A DNA stretch of 64,000 nt from Eledone cirrhosa (lineage: Eukaryota), in contig OZ024742.1 of the NCBI GenBank assembly GCA_964016885.1, positions 216,566,001-216,630,000 on the forward strand, given 5' to 3'. This document shows positions 41,346-55,978 of this stretch, one piece after another. The position numbers and the translations under genes were made by a program. A model generated the notes under the pieces. That model searched no databases. It saw only the letters and a list, made by a program, of their open reading frames with translations, and was not told where the DNA came from. Every line of letters begins with the position of its first letter. Positions within the stretch are counted from its first letter, which is position 1.

Positions 41346-41589
41346 AAACCAGAAGAACATACATACATACGCACACATATATACATAACAAGATGAAGTG
41401 TCATATGAATGTTTTTTTTACTGTCGGCCAGTTACGTTTCACAAATGATTGACCCAAAGTCCGTAACTGAGTTAGCATGCCTAATGAGTATATTGATGCT
41501 GGAGTCGATCTATAACACAAATATGAACCCTGAGCCGATCATCAGTGCGTAACTGATCGATAATAAATAAAAACTTTAATGTGAAACTT

Positions 41590-42068
41590 CAGGCCGATCA
41601 GTCACTGTGTACCTTTGAAAAGAGCATATATTTTCACTAGCTCTGACAGTTTGGCAGGTGAACAGAAAGTTGCACTGATGAAGGGTGATGCCCAGAAACA
41701 TTAGTGTCTGCAGTTCTGTTCATATGCCAACACAAGAGCAAGAATGAAGTGTTCATTCTACTGACATGGCTATAAAATTGAGGCTGGTTTGCATAATTGC
41801 AAACGAATCGAATGTTATTATTAATATTCGAAGAGGACGGTGAATTGGCAGTATCGGTAGAGGGTCGGACATGCTTTCCAGCATAGTTACGTCCCTTTAT
41901 GATCTGAGTTCAAATCCCGCCGAGGTTAACTTTGCCTTTCATCCATAAGGGGTCGATAAAACAAAGTACCAGTAATGCACTGAGTAATTGCTGGCCTTGT
42001 ACCAATTAATATTCGAAAAACTCAGATTACATTTATTGTATTCAGCCATGTAGAGCGAAAATTTTATT
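41590..42068 (+). mobile_element. 442-bp HHR family copy interrupted by a SINE
   Basis: HHR 41670-41714 (CTGATGA-aGGGTgatGCCCa-GAAA-cattagtg-TC). Confidence 0.85.
41833..42004 (+). mobile_element. SINE with 13-bp TSD
   Basis: ATTAATATTCGAA at 41820-41832 and 42005-42017. Confidence 0.88.
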
Positions 42069-42069
42069 T

Positions 42070-42118
<49 letters not shown>

Positions 42119-42253
42119 ATATCCACGGTTAGTTGTGGGGTAACCCTACATAGATCGATAACGAAATATGCTTACGATGTATTATTATCACCTAGAAACG
42201 ATCGTAAATCAGTGAAGTATATTTCTAATAATTTGAATTTTGATTTCATTGTG

Positions 42254-42362
<109 letters not shown>

Positions 42363-42428
42363 CTCTTTATATATATATATATGTATGTTTGTGTATGTGT
42401 GTGCCTGTGTATGTGTGTGTGTGTGCGT

Positions 42429-42503
<75 letters not shown>

Positions 42504-44244
42504 ATGGGGTAGTTTAATTTATGACAGACGAAGCAGAAATCAGGAGGCATGAAATAATTTATATAGATACAGTGAGCATTAGCAGCAGACGAAAGACGAC
42601 ACGTAGTGAGCTAGGTCTAGCATCAGCACATATTTAAATTACATGAAATTTCATATAATAATCAACTGAATTTATTCTTTTTTTTTGTAATCGCAGATAA
42701 GCTTATTTAAAAATAACATTTTTCACAATAATGATAACAGGGTCGACATTGGATCTTTGTACGATCAAAGAACCTGGTAAAATAAACGAAGAGCAACCCC
42801 AATAGAATTACACACAGGAAACAAGTGGTAAATTTGGAATCTAGGAATCTTGGCACCAGAGTGGAAGAAATATCCACGCTAATGTTTGAAAAATTGCCAT
42901 GCCTCAGGCCAAACGCTAATTGGAGGGAGTATGCGAGGAAATGATAGGAAAAGTAGGAAATTAGAAGTTTAAAAGAATCTCACTACATCCATAAGGAAAT
43001 AGTTTTTTCGAAGAATCTCATTATATTTCTCTCTATACATGCATACATAAAAAGTTCTTTATACATTCTATAGTGAAGAAAGCGAATTTAAACTAAAACA
43101 TTCAGTACATCTCAAATACAAATACAGTATTTGTTTACTACCCGAACAATGTAAAGAATAGAAGTGGGGGAACGGTTGACATTCTCTCTAATTACCACAA
43201 ACCAATTTCTGTATTCCACTCTATTCCTTTTATTCTATTAAGAAAAAAGACAGAATTTTCTCTAATTGTATTCACAGGTTTCTATCGTAGGTATGTTCCA
43301 TCGTAAGTAATTTATACAGTTTTTATAAAAGCGAAAATTATTTTTATTCTATTTTGCTTTTCAAGATACGAGTTGCAGTGAAGAAAAACATTTTGAAATA
43401 AGCTAATCTATGATTACATGAGAAGACAAGTTTAATTGATTATGGATTCTAATTTCAAATAAATGTATTATTTCACTCTAAATTAGTGTTGACATTTTTA
43501 GATTGTTGCTATAAATGTTAAATGTTTCTAGAACTAGCTGACTACAAATTCTCTTCTGTTAGTTGCTCTTCAATATACTCTCGGATCATGTAAATAACAT
43601 CCTGTGTATGCTTTCTAGGTCGTCCTGCGTGGGTCCAAACGGTTCCGAGACATTGTATTAAGGTTTTCCAACGTCGCATAGGTTTTAAACTTCTTCAGTC
43701 AGAGTTGCATATTGGCTTTGAGATGAGATTTATCCATTCCAAAATTGCTTCTGGTCCTGATTGTACGAGCCACACTTATAGTACTGTTTTACACAGAAAT
43801 TCCTGCTCTGGAGTTCTCAGTTGGTTAGAAAATGTATATACAGTAACATAAAACGAGTGCAGGCCAGTTTTTTTTAGTTAGCCTTTATATAAGCTGAAAA
43901 TATATATTTACGTAAGAAAACTAGATTTGTTGATAAGGACATATTGACGTTAATAATATATATGATCATATGCATATACGTATATATTTATATGTATAGG
44001 ATCACACGCGTAAGCACACACACGCATGGACTTTGTTGTGTTAACAAGTCTGGTCTGGGATGATGACCCTCAGATTACGAAATATCTGTAAAGCAATAAA
44101 TCTCACATGTAACACCTCTACTATGTTCTTATTATATACACTCTGCTCTGCATCGAGTGCTGACATTGGTACTCTCACAAGTTTTCTTCGGACTTATTGA
44201 AACTTTTGCACGTATATATATATAAATATATATATATATATACA

Positions 44245-44583
44245 TGCAGAAGTTATATATAATTTGTTGGGAATCAACAAGCTTCAAGCTTAAAAGTTTT
44301 ATAACTGATATAAAGCACTCAACAAGTAACTGGAGTAAATATTCAATATATTAATAAATAGAAGGTTGAAGGTTGAAGGTTCGCTGGATATCCAGCGAAC
44401 CATCAACCGTCAACGTTGTTTTTCTACGGGTATGTCAACATTTATAAAACAAATTTTGTATTTTATCTGATGAAAGCGCACCAAAACTGCCTTGGTTGCC
44501 CTTGAAATATATATAATAAAATAATTGTGGTTTTATAAATATAGTTTTCATTTATTAATATATTGAATATTTACTCCAGTTAT
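44245..44583 (+). mobile_element. Inverted-arm HHR element
   Basis: Arms ~44327-44363 / ~44546-44582. Canonical HHR 44461-44521: ttttat-CTGATGA-stem II-GAAA-tatata-TA-ataaaa. Confidence 0.8.
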
Positions 44584-44964
44584 CTGTTATCAGTACATCG
44601 TTCCTTTGTCAGTGTTGAACAAAAGGGCAACGATGGTTGCCGAACACTGTACGGCTTAATTCAGGCTGTTTGTTTACAAACAAACTGAACATTATAATAA
44701 ATGTTCGGTAAACCCATACGTACATATATATATATGTGTGCATGTATGTATATATATACATACTACTGTACGTCTGTATACATATATATATATATGTACG
44801 TATACATACTTATATTTAAGTATCAGCCTTAGTAAGAGTGAACAATGAAATGTCGTTTCATTCTTTTCCATTTATATTTTTTCCTTTCGTCCTAATATTT
44901 AGGTACTTAACATCCCTGCCTCAGATTATGAGGAATCATCAGAGCAAAACAGCACCGATCTTAT

Positions 44965-45462
44965 CTTATGTATATATGTATGTATGTTCTTCTGGTTTTA
45001 TTTTTTTTTATTATTGTTTACCAATAAGAAGAGTGAGAGAGAGAGTCGGTTTCTAACATAGTCACAACACACTTTCATTGGTATTTAGACAACATCACCT
45101 CGATAGTTATGTATGCATGTCTGCATACGTAAGTGTGTGTGCAGATATTGATGTTATTGTATGTGTGGCGGTTAATGTTTTGAGCTATATGTGTGCATGT
45201 GTATATATGATTCGTATCTGTCCATGTGTATCTGTACATGCAGTTATTACATGCAGAATGTTTGGAATATTTTACATATTTTTACTGTTCCATTAATGGA
45301 GTGTACTTGTAATTTCCTACCTAGTCGTGTTCTTTCTTTTTCTATGAAGCTCAGCTTCGCAAGATTTGTATTGAGGCAGTTACTAACATATCCCATTGCC
45401 CCAATAATCACATGTATAAATCTGATGGTATACTCAGGGTAAAATATCTGCAGATTCCTCAT
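44965..45462 (-). mobile_element. R4/Dong 3' fragment (same family as 37875)
   Basis: MRNLQIFYPEY...VIIGAMGY...INGTVKICK, with matching 3'UTR. Confidence 0.85.
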
Positions 45463-45469
45463 ATGCTTG

Positions 45470-45509
<40 letters not shown>

Positions 45510-45525
45510 GTGTGCGTGTATGTGT

Positions 45526-45628
<103 letters not shown>

Positions 45629-48044
45629 GTGTTTTTTGGTTATGCGTGAAAGTAACAGTTGCCATCACAAGTTCATTATTTTTATAAAATGTAATATGAA
45701 ATGATTGTTTTAATGGTTTCTTTTTTATCTTATCATGTGCTGGAATTGCGTTGAACATATTCATAATAAAAAGAAAATCTAACATAGTTCCAAATTAAGA
45801 AAATAACTTATGAAAAAATTACCAACACAAATATCAAGAAATTGTGCATAATTTATTAAAGATATCTCGCAATTCTATCATTTTCCCTTTTCCTTTAATT
45901 CTGGGAGACATGATCACTCCCACATTTCTTTTCTATTTGGTCTTAATTGCACGTTCAATAGTTAAAGGCAAAATAAATGTCTTCTATCAATCGAATATTA
46001 GTCAATTTACGCCAGTAGGCATGATAAATAAACCCAAATGCTCCAGGGAAATGATTTAGAACTACAATCCAAAGAAATCTAAGTATCCTGATCATATTTC
46101 AGCCAATATTTTTAACGAATTATATAAGGATAGAGGCAAATTCTTGCGTGATCTATTTACCAAACCAGAAAATATTTGATTAGATTAAGATGTTCTGTTC
46201 TTCTAGATAAACATGCCAACAGCTTTGAAAACCAGTTGTATATAAATGCTGATAACTCCGCGCTATTTATATTAATACAGATTGCAGGTTAGAAAGAATT
46301 TGCGCTTGATAACCTAAGCAGAATTAGTGTCTAGATTGATGAGTAAGCGGTTTATATTTAAGCACAAAATGTAGGGTGTAATGCTTTACCTAGGAAGGAA
46401 TTCCACCAAGCTACGAATGTGAAAAATTACATAAAATCATGGGTGAAATCATAAACAATAATCTACTAAATCCATTATAACGATACATTCGTATAGAGCA
46501 TATTTCTATCTTATTGAGTACTGTGTTAAATCACAAATAAGCTGAATACGGAAGGAAGAACCGCAGCACAGAAAGTTATCAGGAACATGGCAGTTTATGT
46601 AGTTCTGGTTACTAATAAATATTGTCAACAACAGCTTGCATAATAGAAAGGTTGTCGTCTAGAACAAAAATACTACACAAATTACATTAAATCTATGTAC
46701 CATAAAAAGACAGAGATGAGCTTTGAGGACAGAAGGAATTATGGTATTGTGTAGGTAGCAGCAATTTGAATCCCCCTCTATATATATATCTCTGGAGGCC
46801 TATGATCAAATGTTGACACTAAAGACACAAGAGATCCCTATCTTATGGGTTAAAAAGCCCATAAAGAGCAGTCAAAATCATCTCACTCAACGGAATACAG
46901 CATTCTAATTCAAATACACAAAAACCTACTGTTGCTTACTACCTGAAAAGATCCGATTGTAAGTGGCGTTTGAGCCATAACCATCCTGTAGTATTGCACA
47001 TCCAAAACTACATTTTCCAACAAGTTCTGTCCGCTTTTAAAACTTAGGGTATGATTTGAAGAAGATTTGGCAAATACACTCTATTTCCGCAAATGATTAT
47101 CATGTTTATATTTAAATTTGGTTTGCAAAGCTATCGAATCACTCATGTATTATAGTATTCTCGTTACTTAGTGCGATAAGATATATCTATTATAGTTATG
47201 AGACCAGGAACAAATATTTTTACTTTCAAAAGATAAGTGAATTATACGACTGAGAAACAAACCATAGACACGTGGCGTGTCCACCATATTAATACAATTT
47301 CTAGTATGCTGAAGTGATAGCCGTAGTTTAACGTAAATTAATTTAACGTAAATTTCACCTAAGCTACCACGATACATGAAATTCCATCGAAGATAACTGG
47401 CAGTTGGCCAGGCAATATTTCAGTTGATTATTGAATCAGCTAATGAGCTTTTATTTGATTGCCCTAACTGCTAAAAATAGTAGCAAAATCTCCATCAAAT
47501 TACACCCAAATGTAATGACGAACACGTTAGAAAACCCAGTCCTGAATATACAGAAATGAAGGGTCGGTCTCGGTTAGGATATCTTTGATCATAAAATTCA
47601 ATTGATATGTAGATGGCGACAATCTAGATAAACGTCTACTGTTCTCGAATCACATGCAACATGGCATCATAACCTAATAACTCTGCAATAAATAAAATGT
47701 AATGCATTGTCATTTGCTACATATTTATATAGGTGACATCGTTCATAAATTCTTTAATTACTTCTGTTACTTCATAGACATTAGCACTTAACACCGTACT
47801 GTAGACGTCAAAAGGTTTCCCGACTACCTCTTTATTTTAAAAAAGGACTTTATTTACATAAGTTTAAACACCATCTCCTTCGAAACAATCCACTTGCACG
47901 ACTACAGAGTTAAAACAGCGACGTTTCAGTTTAATTTTCATCTTCGGGAAAAGGAAGATGTCTGCAGGAGCTAAATATATATATATATATATATAGTGTG
48001 TGTGTGTGAAGGGGGGGGAGGGAGAGAGAGAGAGAGAGAGAGAA

Positions 48045-49812
48045 ATAGATATTTTTCTTTATTTGCCACAGGGGCGTAAAAAATGGGACATTACAAGACG
48101 TGACGGTGGGGGTTTTACATAAAAATAACTTTAACATGAATAAATAAACTATATATAATAAAATAACAATTAAAATCCCCAATAGGGGGGGAACGTTATA
48201 GAACAACACCAGGAACACGTTTTGTAGGTGTTCCTGTCTTCCCCCTGTTTATCTTCCTCAACCTACAGGTTTATATACAGAGAAGGCCCCTTCACTCGGT
48301 CCATTTTCGCCACATTCACCCACCTTTCAGCGAATTTACTGGGGTGTAGCACCTCTCTCTCCATTCTCACCTTCCTTCTGAAGTGGTACTTAAAGAAGGG
48401 GAAAAGTTGTTGTCCGGAGAGAAAGGTGTTTGTCCTCAGTCCTTTTAACCTCGTCCACCATATTACCTCTTTCGCCATAGCCCCCAGACAGAAGAAAACC
48501 GCCTCTCCTTCGTTCTTAAATGAAGGCGGTGGGGTGATCATCACGATGGACTCGGCTGACAACTGGATGCGTCCCATACGTGACAGTAGCTGTTCGACAT
48601 AATTCCACAAGTGGGTCACCTCTGGGCACTGAACAATTGTGTGCAGAACGCTTTCGATGTCCTGCTCGCATCTTGGACAGGGCCTTTTGGCAGGATCTCT
48701 GCCAGAGTGTCCATGCCTGTAGATTTTGTCTCCAACTGGTAGAGCTCCTCGGTAGCATTGCCAGGCCAGAGACCTCTGGAAGTTATCCATAGGCCCTGGA
48801 CGGAAAGTCCTCCCTAGAGTTTCCCAGAGAACGTTGTTGCACTTATCCTCCACTAATCCCCTATAGAATGTCGAAGTGGAGTCTCCGCTGAATGCCGTTT
48901 CCGTTTGGAAGAGGGCTGTGAGCGCCTGTAGGCACTCGAGTTGCCAAGCACCCATTTTCGGTCTTCGCTTGACCCAGGTCTGCAGTTCTGTTAGTGAGAC
49001 GAGTTGTGGAAGAGCTTGTCTCACAAACGACAGCCACACCGTTTCACCGGTCAGGAATACCTGGAGATGGCGAAGCCTCAGCGCGTGTTTGCGCATCATC
49101 ACCCATGGCATGCCCAACCCTCCGTTAGAAGGGTGTTGACAGCAGATGGATCTCCTCACCAATGGAGCCTGTTTCTTCCAGAGAAACTTGAAGAGTAGGC
49201 GTTCCATTTTGGTAAGGTATTCGCGGAGACAAGGCACGACTGTCAAGCGGTAGTAGATGACGGATGCTATGTAAGTGTTCGCCACCTCCGCTCGACCTTT
49301 CAAGATGTTGCACTCAGCCCACTTCTGGCTGACTGCAAACACCTTCGCCGTGACCTCGTTACAGTTCTTGGCCACTGGGGAGGTCTGGACCAAACCAGAC
49401 CCCGAGCAATTTCACCAGTCCTTCTGTCCAGCGTCCAACGACAGTCGGAAGGCATGGGTTTGCCTCTCCAAGTGCCGAGTTGCAAACCGACAGACTTGTT
49501 TGGGTTTAGTCTTGCTCCTGTCAACGTTTCGTATTCCTGTAATAGGTTGCCGATTACCCCGATTTCCGAGGTTTTCGACACCATTACGGTTATGTCGTTG
49601 GCATAGGCCACGCTTGTTTCGGAAGTCCTGGTTCGATCGGGATGCCCTGCAACAGCTCCGACTTCCACATTAACGGCTCGAGAGTCAGTACATACAGAAT
49701 GGAGGAGAAAGGGTATCCCTGACGGATTGAACGCATGATTTGTAATGGCTCTGATAGGTAGCCATTCACCTTGACTGCCTAGCAGATGGTGGTGTGCATG
49801 GCAGCGATCCAG
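48045..49812 (-). mobile_element. Tx1/L1-clade LINE ORF2, 5'-truncated
   Basis: YANDITV, LNPNKS, FKFLWK..GGLGMP, CPRC..ES..H..C knuckle, 3'UTR with AATAAA. Confidence 0.88.
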
Positions 49813-50071
49813 AGAGAGATAAATAGACAGATAAATAGGTAGATAGGTAGATAAGCAGATATGTAGGTGGGTAGATCGGTGGATATACATATAAATAGAT
49901 AAATAGAAGTTTTGGCAAAATTAAAGGAATATTTGGAATCCTATTTTCTGGTTTCATTGAAGTATATAATCCCGTCCAGCACCAACCACGTGATACCGCA
50001 TGTACGATAGATGAATCGCATAACTTTGAGTAATTTTGCTTATTGCATCATTGCCTACTAAGCAGAATCAC

Positions 50072-50120
<49 letters not shown>

Positions 50121-50124
50121 CATT

Positions 50125-50405
50125 TTTGAATTTGGTTTGCAAGATTCCTTATCTGAAAACGTGTGTTGAAACAGATATTGATATACTTTGGGAGGGTCAA
50201 TAAAACCACACGGACCTGTTGGATGGCGCAGGAAATAGCAAAGGTGAGACACAAAATAAAAATCTAGTTACTGAGGAGGTCACATAATGTGTGACGAAAG
50301 AAGTTTGACAATATGTAAACAACCAACCGGAAATTTATAACGAAGTGAAGTGAAATTCATCGGGTGCGTATGTTTTTATTGGCAGCATGACCCTTCCAAA
50401 GTATA
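50125..50405 (+). mobile_element. Solo inverted pLTR of the Neptune-like PLE with HHR (50267-50309)
   Basis: Inverted ends ATACTTTGGGAGGGTCA / TGACCCTTCCAAAGTAT, homologous to 22790-22975. Confidence 0.8.
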
Positions 50406-50425
50406 TATATACATATAAGTACATT

Positions 50426-50500
<75 letters not shown>

Positions 50501-52599
50501 TGCTCGCTGGCACCGTGCCAGTTTCACGTTCTGTAAGTAATATTGTAGTACACCAACATAGCCAGTACAATACTTCTACAGCGACAGCTCTCGCTCTTGT
50601 TGCTGTGGCTCCTATTTAAAACAACAATACTAATTATAAACTATGTGATCTTGATCGTTGTTAATGTATATTCACACTAAACAGAAGTAACTTTAAATGT
50701 ACGTTATTTATTACATGATTTATGCTTATTCATTCGATTAAGTGTGTCTTTGATATTTCAGCTATAGCATATAATAAGTTGCTACATTAGTGTGCTTTAT
50801 TGTTTTGTTTTGTCTTTTGTTGGGGTTTTGTGGGTATTTTATGAGAAAGGATAGTCTGATTTGTTTGACATTTTGGTGTTATTTTCCTTTGTTTATGTTG
50901 TTTATATGTGTGTTAGTAGTTTTATTTTTTACTGTTTTTTTTATGTGTTCCTTGATTTGCTTCTTTTTATTTCGCACTTGTTGGAATTCTTGTTCTCCTT
51001 GCTAGTATGCTATTGGTACCGTATTTATTGTGTTGGTGTTGTTTGTTAAGCTTGTCATGTATCGTCACCGTCGTTGTCGAATTCTTATCAACAAATCAGT
51101 AACAGAATTAAATAGATTCAGCCATACTGTTGATCGCATAATTTAGCTGCGGTATCCAATTCGAATGATTTGAAATGATCGGTTTCTTAATTAAAACATC
51201 GCACATCGACTTTTATGTTGCTTGTTTTTTTTCTCAGTTTATATTTTCGTTGTGTTTGTATCTTGCTTTTATTTATTTTTATTCCTTGTTCTTTGTTTAT
51301 ATTTTGCTTGTTAGTTGTCAGCTGTTTGTTTTCCCCTTATTCTAACCAGTATTTGTCTCTAGAAATCCTAGTGATTTTCATTTTCATTTTCATTTTCATT
51401 TTCGAGCAATAATAAAATAAGGTCTATAGTTTAAGTCATGGAGATCAGAAAAAGGAGTAGACTTCTAGTAATGAGTATAACAATGACTCACCAACGGACG
51501 GAGCTTACCTATAGATACCTATAATACATAATGAAGACGCTCAAAATTGTCGGTTATTTCAGGAGGCACGATACTACCATAATAATCATTCACTGTTTCA
51601 ATGTGCTCAACAGAAATCCAGCATTCCATCTCTCGTATTCTTAGAAATAGCAGCCAAACCATATCATAGCGTCTTCAAAAAGAATAATAGATTGGATGAC
51701 TTACACCTAGAGGTATTAAGTATCAAAAAGAGTAAGTCGTGATGGCCACGACTAGAATACTTTTGATCGATAGGTATCTCGGACGTGGGAAATGGCAAGC
51801 AACTTAACTTGAAATTTGCTACCAGCATTAATACACACGCACACACATAGATATCGATGACTTAACCATCGCTGTAACTTGTAAACGAGTATATACGGTG
51901 ATATATGACTGGGTAACAGAGAGAGTGAACGTGTTCTGGGGGGTAAGATATCGGTGTTTTTGATAAAATCTACCCAACAGTTACTTTCGTCGTAAGACGA
52001 TTAGCTTAGTCGTGGAAGTGAATTATTTCTGCCTTGTTTACATGGTGTCCTATAACACTTAAGGTGATCCGCCTCACTGAGAATGTGCCAATATAACTTG
52101 TGCTATAATGTAAAGATCATATATTTTATCCAGATTCAGTAAGCTGGCAAAGCACTAGGTTATAGACTTCAGGTTTTCTATACAAATTATTGAGTTCCGT
52201 TGGGGAAAAATATAAATATGAAAGAGTCGAATAGATTCAGCATTATATTACCAATTCTAGAACGTGAGTGTAAATATTTCAGTTCATCTAGCGTTAAGAA
52301 TTTTCTTTCTGTGTTTTTACAAGCCAATAGGGCAGGCTGACTTTTCCATTGGTAGATAGTTAATATCACGAAATATATTGTTATCTCATTAAACACATGT
52401 TGGCCAAATATTTCTGTTTATCACTTTAGTTCGTGTGATAAGTGAACATTTATAATTTTATTCAGACATGGAAAATGTGTTATTTGTACTATTAAAGAGT
52501 ACAAAAAAAAAGAAATGAAAAGAAGAAAAAGAAAACCAGAATTAAGCAACGAAGGAAAGGGAGGGAAAGGGACAGCCACTACATCCCAGTCAGAGTGGC

Positions 52600-52950
52600 G
52601 CCTCAGTTGCACCCCGCAGACAAAATGGCAAAGGCTTTACCGCGGGGAATGGCCAGAGACACCCACTGCAACAGGCACCCCCACCTCGTGGGGCTCCCTC
52701 CTAAACCAGGCCGTCGTCTTTCCGATTTTACGAGGGAATTCAGCAATGCGGGGACCAAGGATACCAGGCATCTCGACAGGGTCCGGTAAAAAGAGTAAGC
52801 GGTTGGTCAGGTCCCGGTATTTAACTATCTTCCTCTCCTCTGCATTGCGGGCAGCAGAACCCAAGTTTGTAGCCGAAGCGACAAGGTTGTAGGCGGAGAA
52901 CGAGTTGAGCTTGCCCCGTCCCAAATCATGAATTTGGCTCCCTCGAAAGG
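52600..52950 (-). mobile_element. CRE-clade RLE 3' fragment
   Basis: SAARNAEERKIVKYRDL..FLP.PVEMPGILGP, similar to 215-570. Confidence 0.7.
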
Positions 52951-53418
52951 GAAGAGATATTGTTTTGATACAAAACTGCATTTTACTTGTTGAATTTACT
53001 TAGATGCTACCTATTCGCTAAGTGAGTCAGATTTACAGAAGTGGTAGTATAACGATTGAAGTAAAGTGCTTCTAACAAGGATTCAAATCGGAATTTATTC
53101 CCACAAAGGATTAGCCAATAAATAAGCGAAATACTACATCTTACAAGGAACACTTATTTGTACTATCAGGAGATACACTCAAACTCATGATTCTTCTATT
53201 ATAATAGAAGACATGTCACTACATCAAGATGTCATACTTTTAAATATCTGAAGCACAGTATGTATATATTTACTTTAGATTTCGTATCGATAAATGAAGC
53301 CAACCATTTTCATATAAATTAGCGTAAATTGAATCTACTATCATGAAATTAATGGAGAAGTTTTGATGAACCTCTATTAATGTATTTTGAAATATATATA
53401 TATCGATATATATCTATA

Positions 53419-53449
<31 letters not shown>

Positions 53450-53457
53450 TATATGCA

Positions 53458-53677
53458 TAGACGTATCTGAGGAACTTGCGATTTCAGAGTCAGGTTCGAT
53501 CATTGCATCGATCGTGCCTCGGGCTGGTCGCCAGAGAAACGATTGTAATATGTCTAATAAATTGTATTCGTCGCACCACTGATTCTCCGTTTCTTATGTG
53601 ATATTATACTCTGCTCTGTAAAAGCATCGAGTAATCAAACGGCCTACCACATACGGACGCTTTAAGCATCTCACACC

Positions 53678-53682
<5 letters not shown>
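53458..53682 (+). mobile_element. Short HHR element in (AT)n
   Basis: 9-bp stem I tagacgtat/atatgtcta, CTGAGGA 53467, GAAA 53536, CGATTG, GTA site, AATAAA, TACTC..GAGTA. Confidence 0.8.
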
Positions 53683-53724
<42 letters not shown>

Positions 53725-54000
53725 AAAGGTAAACAGAAATATATATATCGATGCGTGACATAACTATATATATACGGAATGCATGATGCATAAATATATA
53801 GCTGTGTATGTGTAGTAAGATATTGTATATAAACCGTCTTAAAGACACCAATAGCATTTTCAACTTGTTCCTATATTCTTACCCGTGTGGTATATATTAA
53901 AATAAAATTTTGTCTTTCTGATAAATGATATGCAATAAAACCCATACCCGCAGACTAACGCACACCCACACAAATACACACGTGCGCATGCACACACACG

Positions 54001-54068
<68 letters not shown>

Positions 54069-54389
54069 CACACACATAGTCATACAATCGTATTTACCGA
54101 GTTGATGTTCTCTAAATTCCAATGAAAGACTATTGTTTAGAAACCGGCTCCCTCACTTTCTATTGGTGAAATTTACGAAAGAACATGCATACTTACATAC
54201 ATGCAAACGGACAGATAGACAGACAGACAGGCAGGTAGGCGGGCAGACAAGCAGACAGACAAGTAGGTAGGCAGACAGACAAAAGACATGCAGGCAGAGA
54301 GGAAGACAGAGAGACAGACATGATGGCTGCAACTTGGCTTTTTAGTTTTGCTATGGACTTGCCTATGGCCTGCAATACCATGCATCACA

Positions 54390-54567
54390 AATAATTGTTT
54401 CTACGTTTGGCACAAGGCCAGCAATTACCCAGTGCATTACTGGTACTTTATTTTATCGACCCCGTAAGGATGAAAGGCAAAGTTAACCTCGGCGGGATTT
54501 GAACTCAGAATGGCAAGGGCCGTAACTCTATGCGTCAAAGCATGGCGTCCGACCCTATACCGATACT
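54390..54567 (-). mobile_element. tRNA-derived SINE (Meta-like family)
   Basis: Reverse complement of the 4111 copy. Confidence 0.88.
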
Positions 54568-54801
54568 TTTTAAGTGAGGAAAGGCTTTACACGAGGCCAA
54601 TCCCACTCTCGGAACATCGAATGTATTTGTTCAAAAAAAAGAACTGGTCAACACCTTTGGATGCAAACGAAGTCACAGGTTTTATATCAGAGTGATCTTC
54701 TCCTAGAGAAATGTCTTAATGAAGACTAAGAGTTTCTCGCTCCACGAATGAAATACATACATACATACATACATACATACATACATACATACATACATAC
54801 A

Positions 54802-54829
<28 letters not shown>

Positions 54830-54834
<5 letters not shown>

Positions 54835-55358
54835 GATGGCTGCAAACTCTGCTAAGAGTACTGCAATCGCTTGTCAGATTATAGAGTTTGTGCACTTTTA
54901 GGCTACGGCCAGCCACACAAACCTGTAACATATCCTGAACAAGAAATGTCTGTGCTTTGGAAGTTTTTAAGTGGGGAAAGGCCTTGCACTTGACCAATCC
55001 CACTTTGTGAGCATCGAAAATACTACCCGAAAAGGAGAACTGGTCAATAACATCGGATGCTTCCGAAGCTACAGGTTTTTATTCCAGAGTTTCCCTCTCC
55101 TAGAAAGGTGTTGTGATAACAACTGGGGTCCTTTACTCCCAGGTAAATAAAAAAAAAGTACTATTTGCATGGCCGTTGACTCTGCTGAGTTCCTCAGCCC
55201 TTTTTCCGGGTCTTGTATTTCATCCCGTAGGGTGTCCAAATATCACCCTCCTCACCAGTCAAGCTTGGTGGGGTTGACGGTTTAGTCGCCGACGACCCGA
55301 CCATGAGACAGGTTGTACTGGGTTACATGTTACCACTAGCACTCGAGAGTGACCTGAC
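54830..55358 (-). mobile_element. Bipartite non-autonomous RTE derivative (5'UTR + 3' end) between (ACAT)n tracts
   Basis: 5'UTR-type sequence joined to GTACTC..GAGTTTGCAGCCATC(ATGT)n end. Confidence 0.6.
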
Positions 55359-55926
55359 ATACATACATACATACAAACATACATACATACATACATACAT
55401 ACATACATACATACATACATACATACATACATACATACATACATACATACATACATACATACATAAGATAATTACCAAATTTCTGTCGTTGCAATATTCT
55501 ATTCCAAATAATATATCTCCGCATTTCTATGTAATTTATGAATTAGTTCAGCTGAAATTTCATCAAGCAATATAACTTAAAGTATATCTATAGAATAGCA
55601 AAGAAATCGGATTTTAAAAAAAGCAATAATCTTGAGAAAAGAAACAGTTTGCGTAAATAAAATATTGATTCTTACAACCATTCATAAATACTGATTGTAT
55701 CAAAACAAAATGTTGTTGATTGTTGGACTTTATAGACCATTTTTATTTATTTCATTCCTTTTTTTCTTTCGTTATAAATTCATTACCTTTTTTATTATAT
55801 TATTATTCTATCTTTGAGACTTTATTTCTGGATTTATATTTGTATATATTTATAAAGCCGTCATCATGTATTTCGGGATGAATTTCTATGTTTTTAAATG
55901 AATGTGGTGATTTTCTTATAATTTGG

Positions 55927-55977
<51 letters not shown>

Positions 55978-55978
55978 C

